From positions 1 through 64,000 of the forward strand of contig JBDOQK010000059.1 in the NCBI GenBank assembly GCA_040437565.1: a stretch of DNA of 64,000 nucleotides. Direction: 5' to 3'. The notes beneath the pieces are model-generated. The model searched no databases. It worked only from the letters and a program-made list of their open reading frames with translations, and was not told where the DNA came from. Of this stretch, positions 1-13,300 are shown piece after piece; position 1 is the stretch's first letter, and each line of letters opens with the position of its first letter. The stretch comes from Albugo candida. Lineage: Eukaryota. A program made the position numbers and the translations under genes.

Positions 1-60
1 TAGTGGTCAGTACCTCACGTTGTGGCCGTGATATCCCCGGTTCGAATCCGGGCATGCGCA
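1..60 (+). tRNA. tRNA-His(GTG), 5' end truncated by window edge
   Basis: D-loop TAGTGG, anticodon arm TCACG-TTGTGGC-CGTGA, T-arm CCCGG-TTCGAAT-CCGGG, followed by an oligo-T Pol III terminator (~63-67). Confidence 0.92.
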
Positions 61-322
61 TCTTTTTCCAAGCTGTTGTATTGTTCATTGCGCCTCCTTT
101 ATTACCAGCTTGATAAATGAAGGAAAAAAATAGAACAAATAGCGCTGCTAATAAATGCATAAAAATAGATCTCAAGCTCCGCTCTGATTTCGACGTTTTG
201 ATTTGTCAAATTGTCAACTGCATGGTGTCGTTATCCAATGCATTTTGTCCTCCCAATGGCTACATGTCAGGAAATATATAAATAACTGATAAGGGAGACT
301 AAAGCTGTCAAATTGAACCCCC

Positions 323-2820
323 ATGGTGACTCCAAAAGTAAGTTAGTGAAGTTCCATTTTATAAAAAGGTAACACTAACATCTGGTTACTTAACAGCACG
401 AACAAACTGGCAACGTTCGCGTTTGTTGCCGCCTAAGACCTTTCAATGCGAAAGAAACCAACTAAAATGAACGCAAGTGCGTTCAAGCAAGCGATAACAT
501 CGTTCACTACAAGGTGCTTCATTCATGCGCGATCAAGATGTAAATCGTGTTCTTAATTTTTTCCAATAGACAAGAGCGGTGTCTCATGAATATCAGTATG
601 ACCAAGTGTTTACTGTAGAAGACGACCAGTTGGCCGTATTCCACGCGGTAGCCCGACCGGCTGTGGAAGGTGCGATCATTTTCTCGATAAGGGTTTGTTC
701 TATTGTATATAAATTCTATCTTTAGATGTGATCAAAGGATATAACTCCACAATTATTACCTACCGGCAAACGGCTTTAGGGAAGACGTACACAATGCTAG
801 GTGCCGACACACATGGCACTGAGCATAACGGAATTGTACCGAGAACAGCAGAGGAACTATTTAACTGTATTCACAATGCCGATGCAAACTTGGAAATCAT
901 CACCAAGCTTAGTTATGCTGAAATATATATGGAGCAAGTGTCCGATCTTCTGAATCCCACAAAAACGCGAGTGAAACTACAGATAAGAGAAAACAAGCGG
1001 GGTGATTTCTTTATAGAGAACGTGGTAGAGATGAGTGTCAAAAGCCCACAAGAATTTATGGATTACGTTATGAAAGGGAACAATAAGCGTGCTATCGCTG
1101 CTATCAAAATGAATAAGCGCAGCTCACGTAGCCACACCATTCTTATGGTGACAGTGCCCCAACGACACGTTGAAACCCAAGTGGTTAAATCGGGAAATCT
1201 CTACCTTGTAGATCTTGCTGGGTCTGAAATGGTGAGGAAGACTGAAGCTGTCGGAAGACGACTCGAGGAGGCCAAAATGATCAATAGATCGCTGTCTACC
1301 CTTGGAATAGTCAACAATAACTTGACTAACCCGAATATGAGTCATGTCCCCGTACGCGATTCCAAACTCACGCGTATTCTCCATGACTCTCTTGGTGGAA
1401 ATTCACGCACAACACTGATTGTCAACATTTCGTGCAGCGAATGGGATTCAGCTGAGACTCTTTCGACACTTCGGTTTGGCAATCGGGCGAAAAAGATTCA
1501 AAATCAAGCAGTCATAAATGAACGCAAGAGTGCTGATGACTTGATGAATACTGTGAAAGTGCTACAAAAGGATTTACAGCTGGAAAAAAATCGTGTCACT
1601 GCGCTGAAGAATCGATTGGACGGTGCAACTTCCTATGAGAGTTTATCAGCAAGTAGCGATCATCAATATACAGTAATGAGAAGTGTAACTCCAAGTGCTC
1701 ATGCTGCAGCTATGCCAACAAACACAATAACTATCGAGGCTTATCGACAACTTCAGCGGAAGTTTACAAATCTGGAAGAAGAATTTCTCGAGGATCAACT
1801 GGAGTCTGATCGACGAGGATTTGAAATTCGAGATTTAGAGGCTCAATTGGACAAAAAATACGAGCTCATAGAGTCATCTGAAGCGAGCTGGATGCAAGCC
1901 GACGAAGAAAAGAAAGGGTGGTGGCAAATATAGAGCTCTCGCTGGAAATGAAAGACATCCAGTACAGCGAGCTTCAGTCTGATCACGAACGACTGGACTT
2001 TGAGCATAAGGAGTTCACGATTCATGCTGAGAAGCTACAACAACAAATCAAATTGTTGCCATCGAAAAAACTGAATCGGCCAAGCTGTTACGATACTACG
2101 GAATTTCAGTCTTCATATGAGTTGAACGATGTATATTTGTCACCTAAACAACAAGCGGAATCTGAAACTGAACGCATGGTGGACCCTCTTCATCCGGCTT
2201 ATTCACTTTCTCTTACAGTCGAAGACATTCAAGGCATGGCTATATCTGTGGAGAAGTTGAAGGATCGGATCATCAAAAGCGTTTCTCTTCTTGCTTCTGC
2301 AAAGCAAAGTGCTTTGCCATTAGAGCCTTTTGGAAAAGATAAGACGCACATGCATGCTATACACCAGAAGTTGGTGCATTTGGTTGGGGTGCACCGTCAG
2401 CTCCTTCAAAAATTTGCAACATCGGAAATGAATGCCGGGGAATGGAAACGAAGAGTTGCAGTACGTGACGACCGAATCAAAAAGTTAGAACCGAGCAATC
2501 GACAAATCATAGTAAGTCTGCGGAAGCAGGCGGAGAAGCATGTGGAACAACTCATTCGCCTACGGGATCAGATTTCAGAAATTCGTGGCGCACAAGAAGC
2601 TCATCTTCAGAGCCATGGACATACGGAAGCAAGCATAATCAAACCGTTCCGTGTCGACCCATCCGCGAGGGAAGCCAATGCTCATCGGACTCCTCAACTT
2701 CAGAAGAATCGCTTGCAGAAGGTAAATTTGAACAGAAAACTGAAGATTTCGTTCAATCCAGCGATTCCTTTCCCTACGATTAGAAAAGGTAATCCAAATT
2801 CGCGTGGATCGATTAAGTAG
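323..2820 (+). pseudogene. Kinesin-1 (conventional heavy chain)-like gene, apparently disabled
   Basis: Exons 323-337, 397-513, 570-669, 726-> (GT-AG introns of 56-59 bp). Motor motifs NVRVCCRLRP, SSRSH, DLAGSE, RDSKLTR; tail with IAK-like IIKPFR. In-frame TAA at 463-465, altered P-loop YRQTALGKT, frameshift near 1915-1933. Confidence 0.75.
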
Positions 2821-4632
2821 GAGCATCGCATGCTATCAAACGACACAGCTGTTATTTTTTTCGTGATGTTATTGTGGACATGTAGTTTTAAGAGTGAGTT
2901 GTAAAGTTAGTTGTAAGAGTGAGTTGTAAAAGTCAGTGTAAAAAATTGTTGTAAAAGGAAATGTTGTTGTTCGCTGTGCACGCATGGTTTGCTTATCTTT
3001 CGAATATACGCTGCTTGATACGAATATATTTATCTCACCTCCCATAGCGCAATAAATTGCAAAAGCAGCCACATTCACGGAAAACGTTTTCGCAGGGATG
3101 ATCTTTGATTAACAAGCTTTTATTTTCTGATTGAAGCTAGGTAGAAGGTGAGTATTTCAAATTGCTGTACTGATACTCGTCACCTGACATGAAATTATTG
3201 GATTGGTTACTTCAATTAGCTGTCTGCGTAAATGATCTTGAACAAAGTTGTGCATTCCGACTCAATTCGCCTGAATCCGAGCTCAAACAGTATAGTGAGT
3301 TCGTCTAGGGAAAGTCGAACATTTTTGCGAAGCACGCTACTTGGACGGAACGATCCAAGCGATGCATGTGTCGGTGATGATAGAGTTGCGCGACAGTTAT
3401 ATGGTATGAAATGGTTTTTTTGGGCTGACTCGTCACCGCTTGTTTGGGAACACATGATCACTCTAAGTACGAAACTATCTGTATAGTTGCAAGGTGATGA
3501 GTGTTTGCATATTGAAGGAGAAATCGAATCCTGAATGAAACGAACTGCGTGCAAAATGCTGCCGAGACAGATTTTTCCTATCAAGCTATGCATTCTGCTA
3601 TCAAACGATCCTTTGCTTGTGATCCCTATTCAAAATGAACTTTTATACACCACCAACGATATGAGTATCTAAAGTAGAAGCTGTAGCCATTGAATTGATT
3701 TACATCATAGATTGGCACATTGAAGATCGAACAGCTGTCCATATTTGTGACATCCATATGTGCGACATCAATCTAGTCGCAGCGATGTGAGCAACTGTCA
3801 ATATTCTGACACTGTACGTTTTGATTACCTTAGAAGATCGCCAGTGACCCATGCTTATGGTACATCTGCATTACGTTGAATAGGATGACGCCTATCATTA
3901 TCAGCCTTCTAATGCTGACTGACTATGAGCGCATTTCTCGCTGGAGAGACACTTTGATATCAGAAGGATATTGATATGATCAATCCATCCCAAGTTGGAA
4001 ACATCCGTGTCAAGGATATCAATCTATCGTCCTCGATAAGAACTATACGCATTTTTCTGTAGTAACTCGTTTCGCTCATGAACGCAATCGAAATTGCCAA
4101 CAAAATGGCTCAGATAAGACTCATACGACTGGAAAAAGCGGGCTATCACTTCATTCTTTGCACGGTATTTACGCGACCAACCATGCACAAATATCAGAAA
4201 ATCTGGCTTCATACTAATATTGAAATGTTTATTGTAAAAGTTAGATACTGGTAGGATCTTTTACAAAAAAATGTATATTTCAGGGGGACTTGACGAATTT
4301 ATTTATCAAAATCAGCAGCTGAGCATCATATGCAAGGCGAACATGCTGATTAGCATTGAGTACTAGGTTCTCTCCACTTCCTCTTGCCACCCCCATTCTC
4401 CAAGAATCTGTCTAAAAGTGAAATATCTTAGTCATATTACGAGACAAATAGACAGATCGACGGAGAGATAGAGAGAGACAGTCTACGTGCCCTTCCTACA
4501 TGTATTTTTACTTTTTTCGATACAAAAAAACAAATGTTACCCAAAGGTGACATTTATTCCAATTTTTTTTTACTATTCGCTATGCCTAAATACGGATACT
4601 CACAGAAATCATGAAGGCAGAGAAAGTATTTG

Positions 4633-6879
4633 CTAGTCTAATAAATCCAGATCAGTCAAATGTTGTTCCTGAATGTCATGATTTGATCGACTTGGCCGAC
4701 GGCTAGTGAGACCTATTCTCTGAAAAAAAGAAAGATCCTCCTCTTCGGTGAAATCTTGTGTTTCATGGACTTGGCTGTCTCTTGGAATAGGTTCAGGAAG
4801 ACTTCCAGGCAATGACTGTTGCTGATTCTCGGCGTCATTGCCGTGACTGCTTCTTAATGTACGTCGTAGAACCTCCAACAGAGTCGGGAAACGCGAAAGA
4901 CCTTGTCTGGACTCAAGTGAAACCTCTTCTCTTCTTTGCTCGTCTCCCGTTTCTACGATTTCTGGTATAATTCCAATTTCGTTAACCGGACCGCTATTTC
5001 CATCCAAACTTTGATCAGCTGCTGTTTGCAATACGTTGCCCGGAAGCATCGCTTCGAATTCGACATCCGAAACATCTCTTCCTATACTATCATGTTGTCG
5101 CTCATATCCGTCCAGCAAAGGTGTTCTACTTGGATCCAAAAATGTGGATCCATCGTCGATATCATTGAGCAGAGAATGGCCATCACGTGAGTTGATTGGT
5201 CGTAAGATTTGAGAATCAGAGGAAGGCAAAAGTGTCGATAATGGTATTTGTGCCGTAGAAGCTCCCGCTTGTGAAGAATATATATGTTGCTCAGAGGAGC
5301 GTGCTAGTGAAGCTAGTGATGCAAGTGACGATGGAGTCACTATGGCGTGAATATGGACGTCAATGCCGGGTCGTGTTCGGAAATCGGTGTCATTAACCAT
5401 GGAAGTCCGAATCAAGTCTCGGAACCGAAGTGACGAGTCGGAAGAACTAGAGGCTTCTGTTGTACTGCTTAATATTGTTTCGTTAGCCGCATTCATCCAT
5501 GCCGAGGCTCCTGCACTCAACACGTTGTTGGAAGTATGCTGATTGCTGTGGTGAGGCATCCTATTTCGATTTTGAGTCAAAGGTGAGTAGAGTGGCTCAA
5601 GGTGCCGTGACGAGTCAACCATAACACGACCAAGACGATCGAATGTAGGTGCGAGTAAATGGGCAAGCTCAGAGATATGTCGTTGTCTTTCAGCGAGTAA
5701 AGATCCTTCGTTAGTAGCCCTTTCCATGCTTGTGTCAACCGCGCTATCTGCTTGCAATTCGAAGAGGTTGGCCAGTTCCTCGACGTGAGGCAATGTTTGT
5801 CGCATCACATCCCTCATCTCGGAAACGATCCTCCCTATTCCTGTATCACCAATAGAAGGAGCATTAGCGAACCTCGTCCTCGAAATTGGTGAAAAGACTT
5901 GGGAGTTGTTATGGGTCGTTCGGGCTCGAAAAGTTGCCAGTCGATCGGAATTTCTATCAATCCATTCATCCCAACGAGAAGGCCAGCCATGGTAATGTAT
6001 GAGTATTTGTGTATCTGAAATATCCAGCACTGTGCCCTCAAGCCATTGATTTACTGTGTCACGAACATCAAACCATTGCCCAATAAATACTTGGCTCCGT
6101 GCTGGAGTTTGCGTATCTGTCGATCCTGCAGTCGACAAAATCGTCCGCAAAGTCATTATACCTTGCATCAGATGATCAAGATTTTGGATATTATTCAAGG
6201 ATGATTGCGAGTCCCGTTCGAGATTACTGGCAGCTAATGTCCTCCATCTTCTTGCAGAAATTCCGTTTGTTCTCCTTCTGTAGCTTGATTGACCATCTAA
6301 AGGCCCTTCCTCAGTTTGTGCCAGTCTTTCTGTCAGCATTGCAAGATTGAGAGCTGCTCCATTTGGATTTTGATTTTCGTGAGCGACATTTGGTGTTGTC
6401 GTTGATATAATTCGGTCTGCAGGCAGTGTATTCCCTGCATCATTTTCCGTTTGTCTTGTCGCCTCCTGCTCCATTTGACTTAAAAATTGCCATACCACCT
6501 GATCTGATTCTGATTCTTCTTGTCGGATTCTCATTTGATTTCTATCTGCTTCTATCGCAGAAGGTGACACAGTAACGGCTCTTGCCACCAAATGAACAGT
6601 GTGTCCATTTTGTACGTCATAATATAACAAACTTTTGTCATCTTTTAGTAACTTTCCTCGGTATATTAGACGTTGAAGATGCGATGGTACGTGAGTCACT
6701 TGCGCAACCTGAGTACGGAATCGGAGGACCGTTGTTTCCGGCGCTGTGATCACAGAAAATACGCGTTCATTTAGCATTTTCACATGTAGTTTGAAATCAT
6801 TTGACTCGACAGATCCTTCAATGTTTCTGATGGCATCACCTCGACCCACAAAAGTCTCCACCGTGTTACCAACCTCCAT
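4633..6879 (-). CDS. Ubiquitin-like domain protein (BAG6-like UBL) with a Tudor/MBT-like domain
   Basis: 748-aa ORF; UBL motif QRLIYRGKLLKDDKSL..YDVQNGHTVHLV; motif DVRDTVNQWLEGTV..LIHYHGWPSRWDEWI. Confidence 0.8.
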   Translation of the reverse strand: MEVGNTVETFVGRGDAIRNIEGSVESNDFKLHVKMLNERVFSVITAPETTVLRFRTQVAQVTHVPSHLQRLIYRGKLLKDDKSLLYYDVQNGHTVHLVARAVTVSPSAIEADRNQMRIRQEESESDQVVWQFLSQMEQEATRQTENDAGNTLPADRIISTTTPNVAHENQNPNGAALNLAMLTERLAQTEEGPLDGQSSYRRRTNGISARRWRTLAASNLERDSQSSLNNIQNLDHLMQGIMTLRTILSTAGSTDTQTPARSQVFIGQWFDVRDTVNQWLEGTVLDISDTQILIHYHGWPSRWDEWIDRNSDRLATFRARTTHNNSQVFSPISRTRFANAPSIGDTGIGRIVSEMRDVMRQTLPHVEELANLFELQADSAVDTSMERATNEGSLLAERQRHISELAHLLAPTFDRLGRVMVDSSRHLEPLYSPLTQNRNRMPHHSNQHTSNNVLSAGASAWMNAANETILSSTTEASSSSDSSLRFRDLIRTSMVNDTDFRTRPGIDVHIHAIVTPSSLASLASLARSSEQHIYSSQAGASTAQIPLSTLLPSSDSQILRPINSRDGHSLLNDIDDGSTFLDPSRTPLLDGYERQHDSIGRDVSDVEFEAMLPGNVLQTAADQSLDGNSGPVNEIGIIPEIVETGDEQRREEVSLESRQGLSRFPTLLEVLRRTLRSSHGNDAENQQQSLPGSLPEPIPRDSQVHETQDFTEEEDLSFFQRIGLTSRRPSRSNHDIQEQHLTDLDLLD

Positions 6880-7028
6880 TTCTGACGTAAAAAACTACCG
6901 ATTGCTTAGAAGAGGGTGCAGTTAACTACCCTTCACGATACTTATCGCCGCAATGAGCCGAACTTATGCGATACAAGCTAAAAACAAAAAAAGAATAGCT
7001 ACCGCCTTTCGTGATCGGATTGTTATCT

Positions 7029-7936
7029 CTATCTTGCAATTTTCAGCGGCGTCGTTGCTGTCCCGTTGCTGGACCAGAGGCAGAAGCAGTTGCAGGACTC
7101 GTCTGAGGTGCCTCTGCGCCAAAAAGCGTGAATACCAATATCGGAAGGATTATATACCACTAAGGATTCCAGCGTGAGATAGAGTATAGTTACGTCACAA
7201 GTACATACATATTTGCGAAGAATTGACGGATTTTCCTCCGCGGCTTTTTTTTGCTCTTCTTTTGTCGGCTCGACCACAACACCCGGAGGAATATTTTTCC
7301 CGCGTGCGAAATTCGGTTCTTTCGGAATTCTAAAAAGACATGTGAAAGATAACATGAAAGAGATCGAGACAATATAAATTATCCACGTACTCTGGTCCGA
7401 GGGATGGTTCCAAGGCAAAACCATAGCTGGTGATTGTCAAATCCGGAGTAACAATCTATAGATATTCGGATTGAGCTAAACGATAAGCGCAGATTTGCAA
7501 AGCAACAACATTTTGATTGTTGGAGCACTTGTCCAAAGGAGTGAATGTCCGGTATTCCATTCCCAGTAACTTTTTATCTTCGGTCAAATGAAAAGAGAGA
7601 TCTTCACGAAAGTTCGCACTTGCAAGCATACACTGCATAGAAAATTAACTCATAGACTTTTTCTTTCATCAATCGCGTACCAGAGGGATGGATGTGTATA
7701 CATACGGAGACGATGGATCGGAAGGATCCGACCTCGCGCGTATCGTGTAAAGCTCACTTGCTACCAACATATTCTAGGGCAAAGAGCGTGAACCTGAACA
7801 TTTGCTATGTCGAGAGACATACCTGTAGCTTCTCCACCTGGCCCCTCTCAAGCGAAGAAAAAATCTGCAAAATGCGTACTTTGCTGTTGGGATCTTCCAG
7901 ATTGATGTCAACTCTTGAGCGCACAGAAAAGTCTCC
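7029..7936 (-). repeat. Duplicate copy of the EMC10 3' part (probably an overlap artefact at gap 7937-8036)
   Basis: ~6752-7936 appears identical to ~8037-9221 on the other side of a 100-N gap. Confidence 0.8.
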
Positions 7937-8313
7937 NNNNNNNNNNNNNNNNNNNNNNNNNNNNNNNNNNNNNNNNNNNNNNNNNNNNNNNNNNNNNNNN
8001 NNNNNNNNNNNNNNNNNNNNNNNNNNNNNNNNNNNNACAGAAAATACGCGTTCATTTAGCATTTTCACATGTAGTTTGAAATCATTTGACTCGACAGATC
8101 CTTCAATGTTTCTGATGGCATCACCTCGACCCACAAAAGTCTCCACCGTGTTACCAACCTCCATTTCTGACGTAAAAAACTACCGATTGCTTAGAAGAGG
8201 GTGCAGTTAACTACCCTTCACGATACTTATCGCCGCAATGAGCCGAACTTATGCGATACAAGCTAAAAACAAAAAAAGAATAGCTACCGCCTTTCGTGAT
8301 CGGATTGTTATCT

Positions 8314-9368
8314 CTATCTTGCAATTTTCAGCGGCGTCGTTGCTGTCCCGTTGCTGGACCAGAGGCAGAAGCAGTTGCAGGACTCGTCTGAGGTGCCTCT
8401 GCGCCAAAAAGCGTGAATACCAATATCGGAAGGATTATATACCACTAAGGATTCCAGCGTGAGATAGAGTATAGTTACGTCACAAGTACATACATATTTG
8501 CGAAGAATTGACGGATTTTCCTCCGCGGCTTTTTTTTGCTCTTCTTTTGTCGGCTCGACCACAACACCCGGAGGAATATTTTTCCCGCGTGCGAAATTCG
8601 GTTCTTTCGGAATTCTAAAAAGACATGTGAAAGATAACATGAAAGAGATCGAGACAATATAAATTATCCACGTACTCTGGTCCGAGGGATGGTTCCAAGG
8701 CAAAACCATAGCTGGTGATTGTCAAATCCGGAGTAACAATCTATAGATATTCGGATTGAGCTAAACGATAAGCGCAGATTTGCAAAGCAACAACATTTTG
8801 ATTGTTGGAGCACTTGTCCAAAGGAGTGAATGTCCGGTATTCCATTCCCAGTAACTTTTTATCTTCGGTCAAATGAAAAGAGAGATCTTCACGAAAGTTC
8901 GCACTTGCAAGCATACACTGCATAGAAAATTAACTCATAGACTTTTTCTTTCATCAATCGCGTACCAGAGGGATGGATGTGTATACATACGGAGACGATG
9001 GATCGGAAGGATCCGACCTCGCGCGTATCGTGTAAAGCTCACTTGCTACCAACATATTCTAGGGCAAAGAGCGTGAACCTGAACATTTGCTATGTCGAGA
9101 GACATACCTGTAGCTTCTCCACCTGGCCCCTCTCAAGCGAAGAAAAAATCTGCAAAATGCGTACTTTGCTGTTGGGATCTTCCAGATTGATGTCAACTCT
9201 TGAGCGCACAGAAAAGTCTCCTTCAGACTCGCTTGGAACATTATGCTCTATTTGAAAGGATATTGCAGATTCCCCATATTTGATTGAATCAGTACTTGCG
9301 AAAGTGCGCTGCGATGTGTTTAAAAGCAGCACGCAGACGAGTAAACTTTGAATTGATGACCACCGCAT
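8314..9368 (-). CDS. EMC10: ER membrane protein complex subunit 10-like, multi-exon (3' end approximate)
   Basis: Signal peptide MRWSSIQSLLVCVLLL; FQIEH..FSVRSRV; C-terminal KAAEENPSILRKY|WYIILP TM segment typical of EMC10; GT-AG introns. Confidence 0.75.
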
Positions 9369-9418
9369 TTTGATCCGCTCCGAGTTTGGACAATATAATC
9401 AACCAATCACGTCGACAT

Positions 9419-10367
9419 ATGAAACGAGAAAGCTTCCTCGAAATATGTATCGACTTCTTGCACGATCCTCGGATCCAATGCGTTTCGCTCGGAAATGTCT
9501 TAACCTTCTTATATGAAAAGGTACTCTGTCAATCGCTACTTCAAATTATAAATATTAAAAGCATATGTTCCGAAGGGATATACGACGCACCAAATTGTCT
9601 CCTGTTTGAGCAAAGCACAGCAAAATGGCATCGGAGAGAGGGCGAGAGCACCAATATGGAAAATGTTTGACATCACTTCCTGGAAGAAGTTTGAATTTGG
9701 AGTTGTATACATTCTCATCACCTTAGCTTTGCCGAAATTAAAGCAGTGCTGGCATTATGCTCAGGCGAATCCTCTTGGTGACAGACTTTCCGAGCAGCAA
9801 AAGCGCAAGTTTTGCCAACTAAATATGCAACATGCAGTTTGGGCTTTGAAGATCTTTTGCATTCATTTCGATCGAGTTAGTATATGAATGATGGAACGTG
9901 TTATGCGATTGTTGAACCTCTTCGTGTAGACATTGGTATACGTTCAGAATGTATTGAAAAGGAGCTATCGCAAAGAAGTGACACCATTACGAAAACACAT
10001 TAAGGAAGAAGCTAATCGGCTTCGCTGTCAAATTTCTACTTTGAAGAGCTCTTTAATTACAGGTCGAAAGCATGGCAAAACGGTCGTTACAATCGAACGG
10101 ACTTTGAGTTCGAGCGATAGCACGAGAAGAGATAGTGAGCTCATGCCAAAGACCAAGTTGTTTGATCCGATCGATGAAGCAACTAATAGTGTCAAAGGAG
10201 GCTTAACGCTGCTACCCGATCCAAAAGGAAATGTAGCATCTGACAGGATAGATGCACGTTTATCCGCAAAAACAAAATTAGAGATTCTTTCAAATACCCT
10301 ATTCGATTTATCTGGCGAAGAAGGTGGGGTACAGAGGAGGTACTTCGGATTTTCTACCGAAGAATAA
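9419..10367 (+). CDS. Hypothetical multi-exon protein
   Basis: Consecutive + ORFs (9386-9670, 9606-9887, 9933-10367) joinable by short GT-AG introns; upstream CCAAT. Confidence 0.5.
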
Positions 10368-13300
10368 TTCGTCAGCTTGATTCATTTAAATATAATTGTC
10401 AAACGTGATTTTTTAATGACGTTGCGTTCACGTTTTTGCAAAGCACTAAACCGGAAATGCGGTTGAAATGCCAAAGAGAAGCTCCTCCAGTACTGTGTAG
10501 ATAAAGCAATTCGCCTAGAACCACTTTCGATCAGTTAGCCAGCGAACCCGAAACTTTGTTTGTATGAGACTATGTGTCTAAGCGCTACTGTACATCCGCT
10601 AGCACGAGATATAATGATAAGAAGTACTGAAGGTGTTCGGTAGTTTCATGAAGTTTACACGCACCAAAAGACGATACGTTGGTCAGCGCATATTCGTCTA
10701 CAACCCTCACTGAAGAGCGCTACTGGAACAAGCCCATTGTCGTCGCTTTCGGTAATGCCATGGATAACTTGAAAGAATTAGCGATGGAGGCGCCGATATA
10801 GTTTGTAGGAGATAGGCTGTTGAAATATACTACAAGCTCGACTCCACGTACAAAGCGTATAATATTTGTCTCTAACCAAGGAAATGACGGGCAAGCTGCG
10901 ATCACTGTGTCGTATAACCTGTGTTACTACCTCGGCAGAAACCTTTCTGAAATTCTGAGAGCCCACGATATCTCTTTTGACGCTCATGTTCCCGTGGAAA
11001 GTCCACCATTCGATCTTGTGCAACGCCCAGCATTGCGTTCTCTCTATATACTCTCTAACTCGCTGGAGGGGTTCTCTATCTCTCGGTAAAGTTCTTTCAG
11101 ACTCTCGAGAAATTCTCCAAGCACTCTTTCCAGAACTGCATAAATCTCTCTATTTAGCGCAGAGTACAAACTTCAATTGAAATAGCATGACAATACATTC
11201 TTCTGTTGGCATCGGAAGTATTTCAATACGGCGGTGATTTCTGATGAAAGTAGCGTTTATCATTTTGTGTTGTCTACAAAATGACGTGGATACTGCTACA
11301 TGTCATAGCTGACGCAATGTCTGGACCGTGTGACTTGAATGTGATTTTCTTGTTGGAACACGAGCTGTCTTGGTATGGCTACAAGCTACTTGAAAAGACG
11401 TCTTTGAACGAATGAGATAACTTTTAAGTAGGAAGCCTCGACGGCATTGTGATACCACGATTACGATCCTTTTCCCAAGTACAAAAGATCCGTAATGTGA
11501 GTGGGAAGCGCAAGTTTGGCTTAAAAGGTTCCAAAATGGCAGCATGTATTCCCAATGTCCCCGTCATGCTACCCTATTTGTCGATTTGATGATGCCTTGA
11601 ATATGACATCTGCTTCACCTTCGGCATGGTCGCGTTCCAGTAAGACATAACCAGTGATGGGAGAACAACATGATCGCTTTTGAGAGCCTTATGCACTGCT
11701 ACTTGTAACAAACACATGCCAAACTTAGTCCTGATATTGAGTGTGTGTCTCAAATTGAAAGAAGCGACGCGACAGCGAGTGACATCCAAATGTTTTTTTG
11801 CATACCTCAAGGTAGCTTGGTGGTGTATAAGGAGAGGTGTGCCAGAACTAAGAGTCTCTTACAAAGAAAAGTGGTGATGACAAACATTCGAGAGCGAATG
11901 CTACCGGCAACTTTAAAGCTGCCCATAAAAATGCTTCCTACCTGTCAGCAGCAGCGAGGTTTTCACTTGCCAAAGATCGCTCATCACCGTCTCACAATTT
12001 AATTTGTTTAGCTGCAAAAACAAAATCTGCATTGTGGTGATCCGAAATACATCATGTTTTGTCGGATAGAGTCAGTTTTTCCATGTGTAGGTGCTTCAGT
12101 GGCTAACACTTCCAACAAACACAGATACAAAACCAATACCCACAAGCATTGCTTAATGATGTCAAGTACACGAGTACGTTTTCGATACCCATACCTTCGG
12201 AGCAATACACCCTTACTGATTGCTCTATCTAGATCTAGCTGGAATCAGCATGGTACTTTTCTTTGAAAATCGGACACAGCTTCACTACAAGAGTAACATG
12301 TTATCCTTTCTCACACGAGCATATCTAGATTTTCTTGCTGTCAGAGATCCAGTGTTAAGAAGGTAACGTTCATGGCCACTGGATGGATGCACATCACGTG
12401 ATGACTCATATGCAGGCACTAAAAAATTCAGTGAGCAAGGATATTTATAAAAACATAAATTGAGATGTATCAGAGACTGGATATGCTCCACAGTTGGAGT
12501 TTAGCTCTCCGGAATTAAAGTTTGGAGCTTTTGTCAACTTGTGATATATAACAATGCACTGTTTTGATAGCTGTACGCTATTTGCGTAATACAAGCTATG
12601 CATCAGCGTTTCTACACCTCAATAGTGAAAAAAACTTAACATTTCATGATAATAGTGTTGTATCAAGTTGTCCACTTATTCACATTGTTGCTGGACAAAA
12701 GAGCATACGTGTAGTTTGGAGCTACTTCGAGAAAATTGATTTGATGAAGTAGCTTGTCGTCGCTATGTAGATGCGTTCAACGATTCCATCGATCGTGAGA
12801 GAGTCTGGTTTGGGTCCGCAACTGTATGCACCGAACTAACGCTACAGGGGATAAAAGTACTTCACGTAACCCCAACTGCAAAGAAACCACCTTTAATTCT
12901 ATCAATTTCGTTGAGGTGTGCAGAGACGTTGCTGTACGTATTTGGTTTAGACCATTTGAGTCGAAAGGAGAGCGATCCACTCAAACCTCCACAAGGTTAT
13001 CTTTCATATAAATGGTAGAGGCATAAGGGATGGTCCTAAGACTGCTTTCTCTTGGAATTAGACGCAACTCCTTCCTACGTCGGATCCGACAAACTCAAAT
13101 TATAAGTTAATGGACGGTTGGCGTTCGTTGTTGATCAGGTACTTCGTCGTATTTTTAGTTGATACGCAACCGTCTGCGTCGGATCTCCAGTAACTGAGTG
13201 TAGGTCTGCAAGTCCGATAACTTCTGATAAGTTCACGTTTCACGCTTTCAAACGATATCAATGGATGATTTTTTATAGGTACTTTTTGTGCCTTTGATAG

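Noticed and set aside
3000..4600. Short ORFs as candidate secreted effectors
   Set aside because: No convincing signal peptide with RXLR, CHxC or CCG motif was seen.
6752..9221. Tandem duplication of EMC10 and the UBL gene start
   Set aside because: The copies appear identical and meet exactly at a 100-N gap, so this is most likely an unmerged contig overlap.
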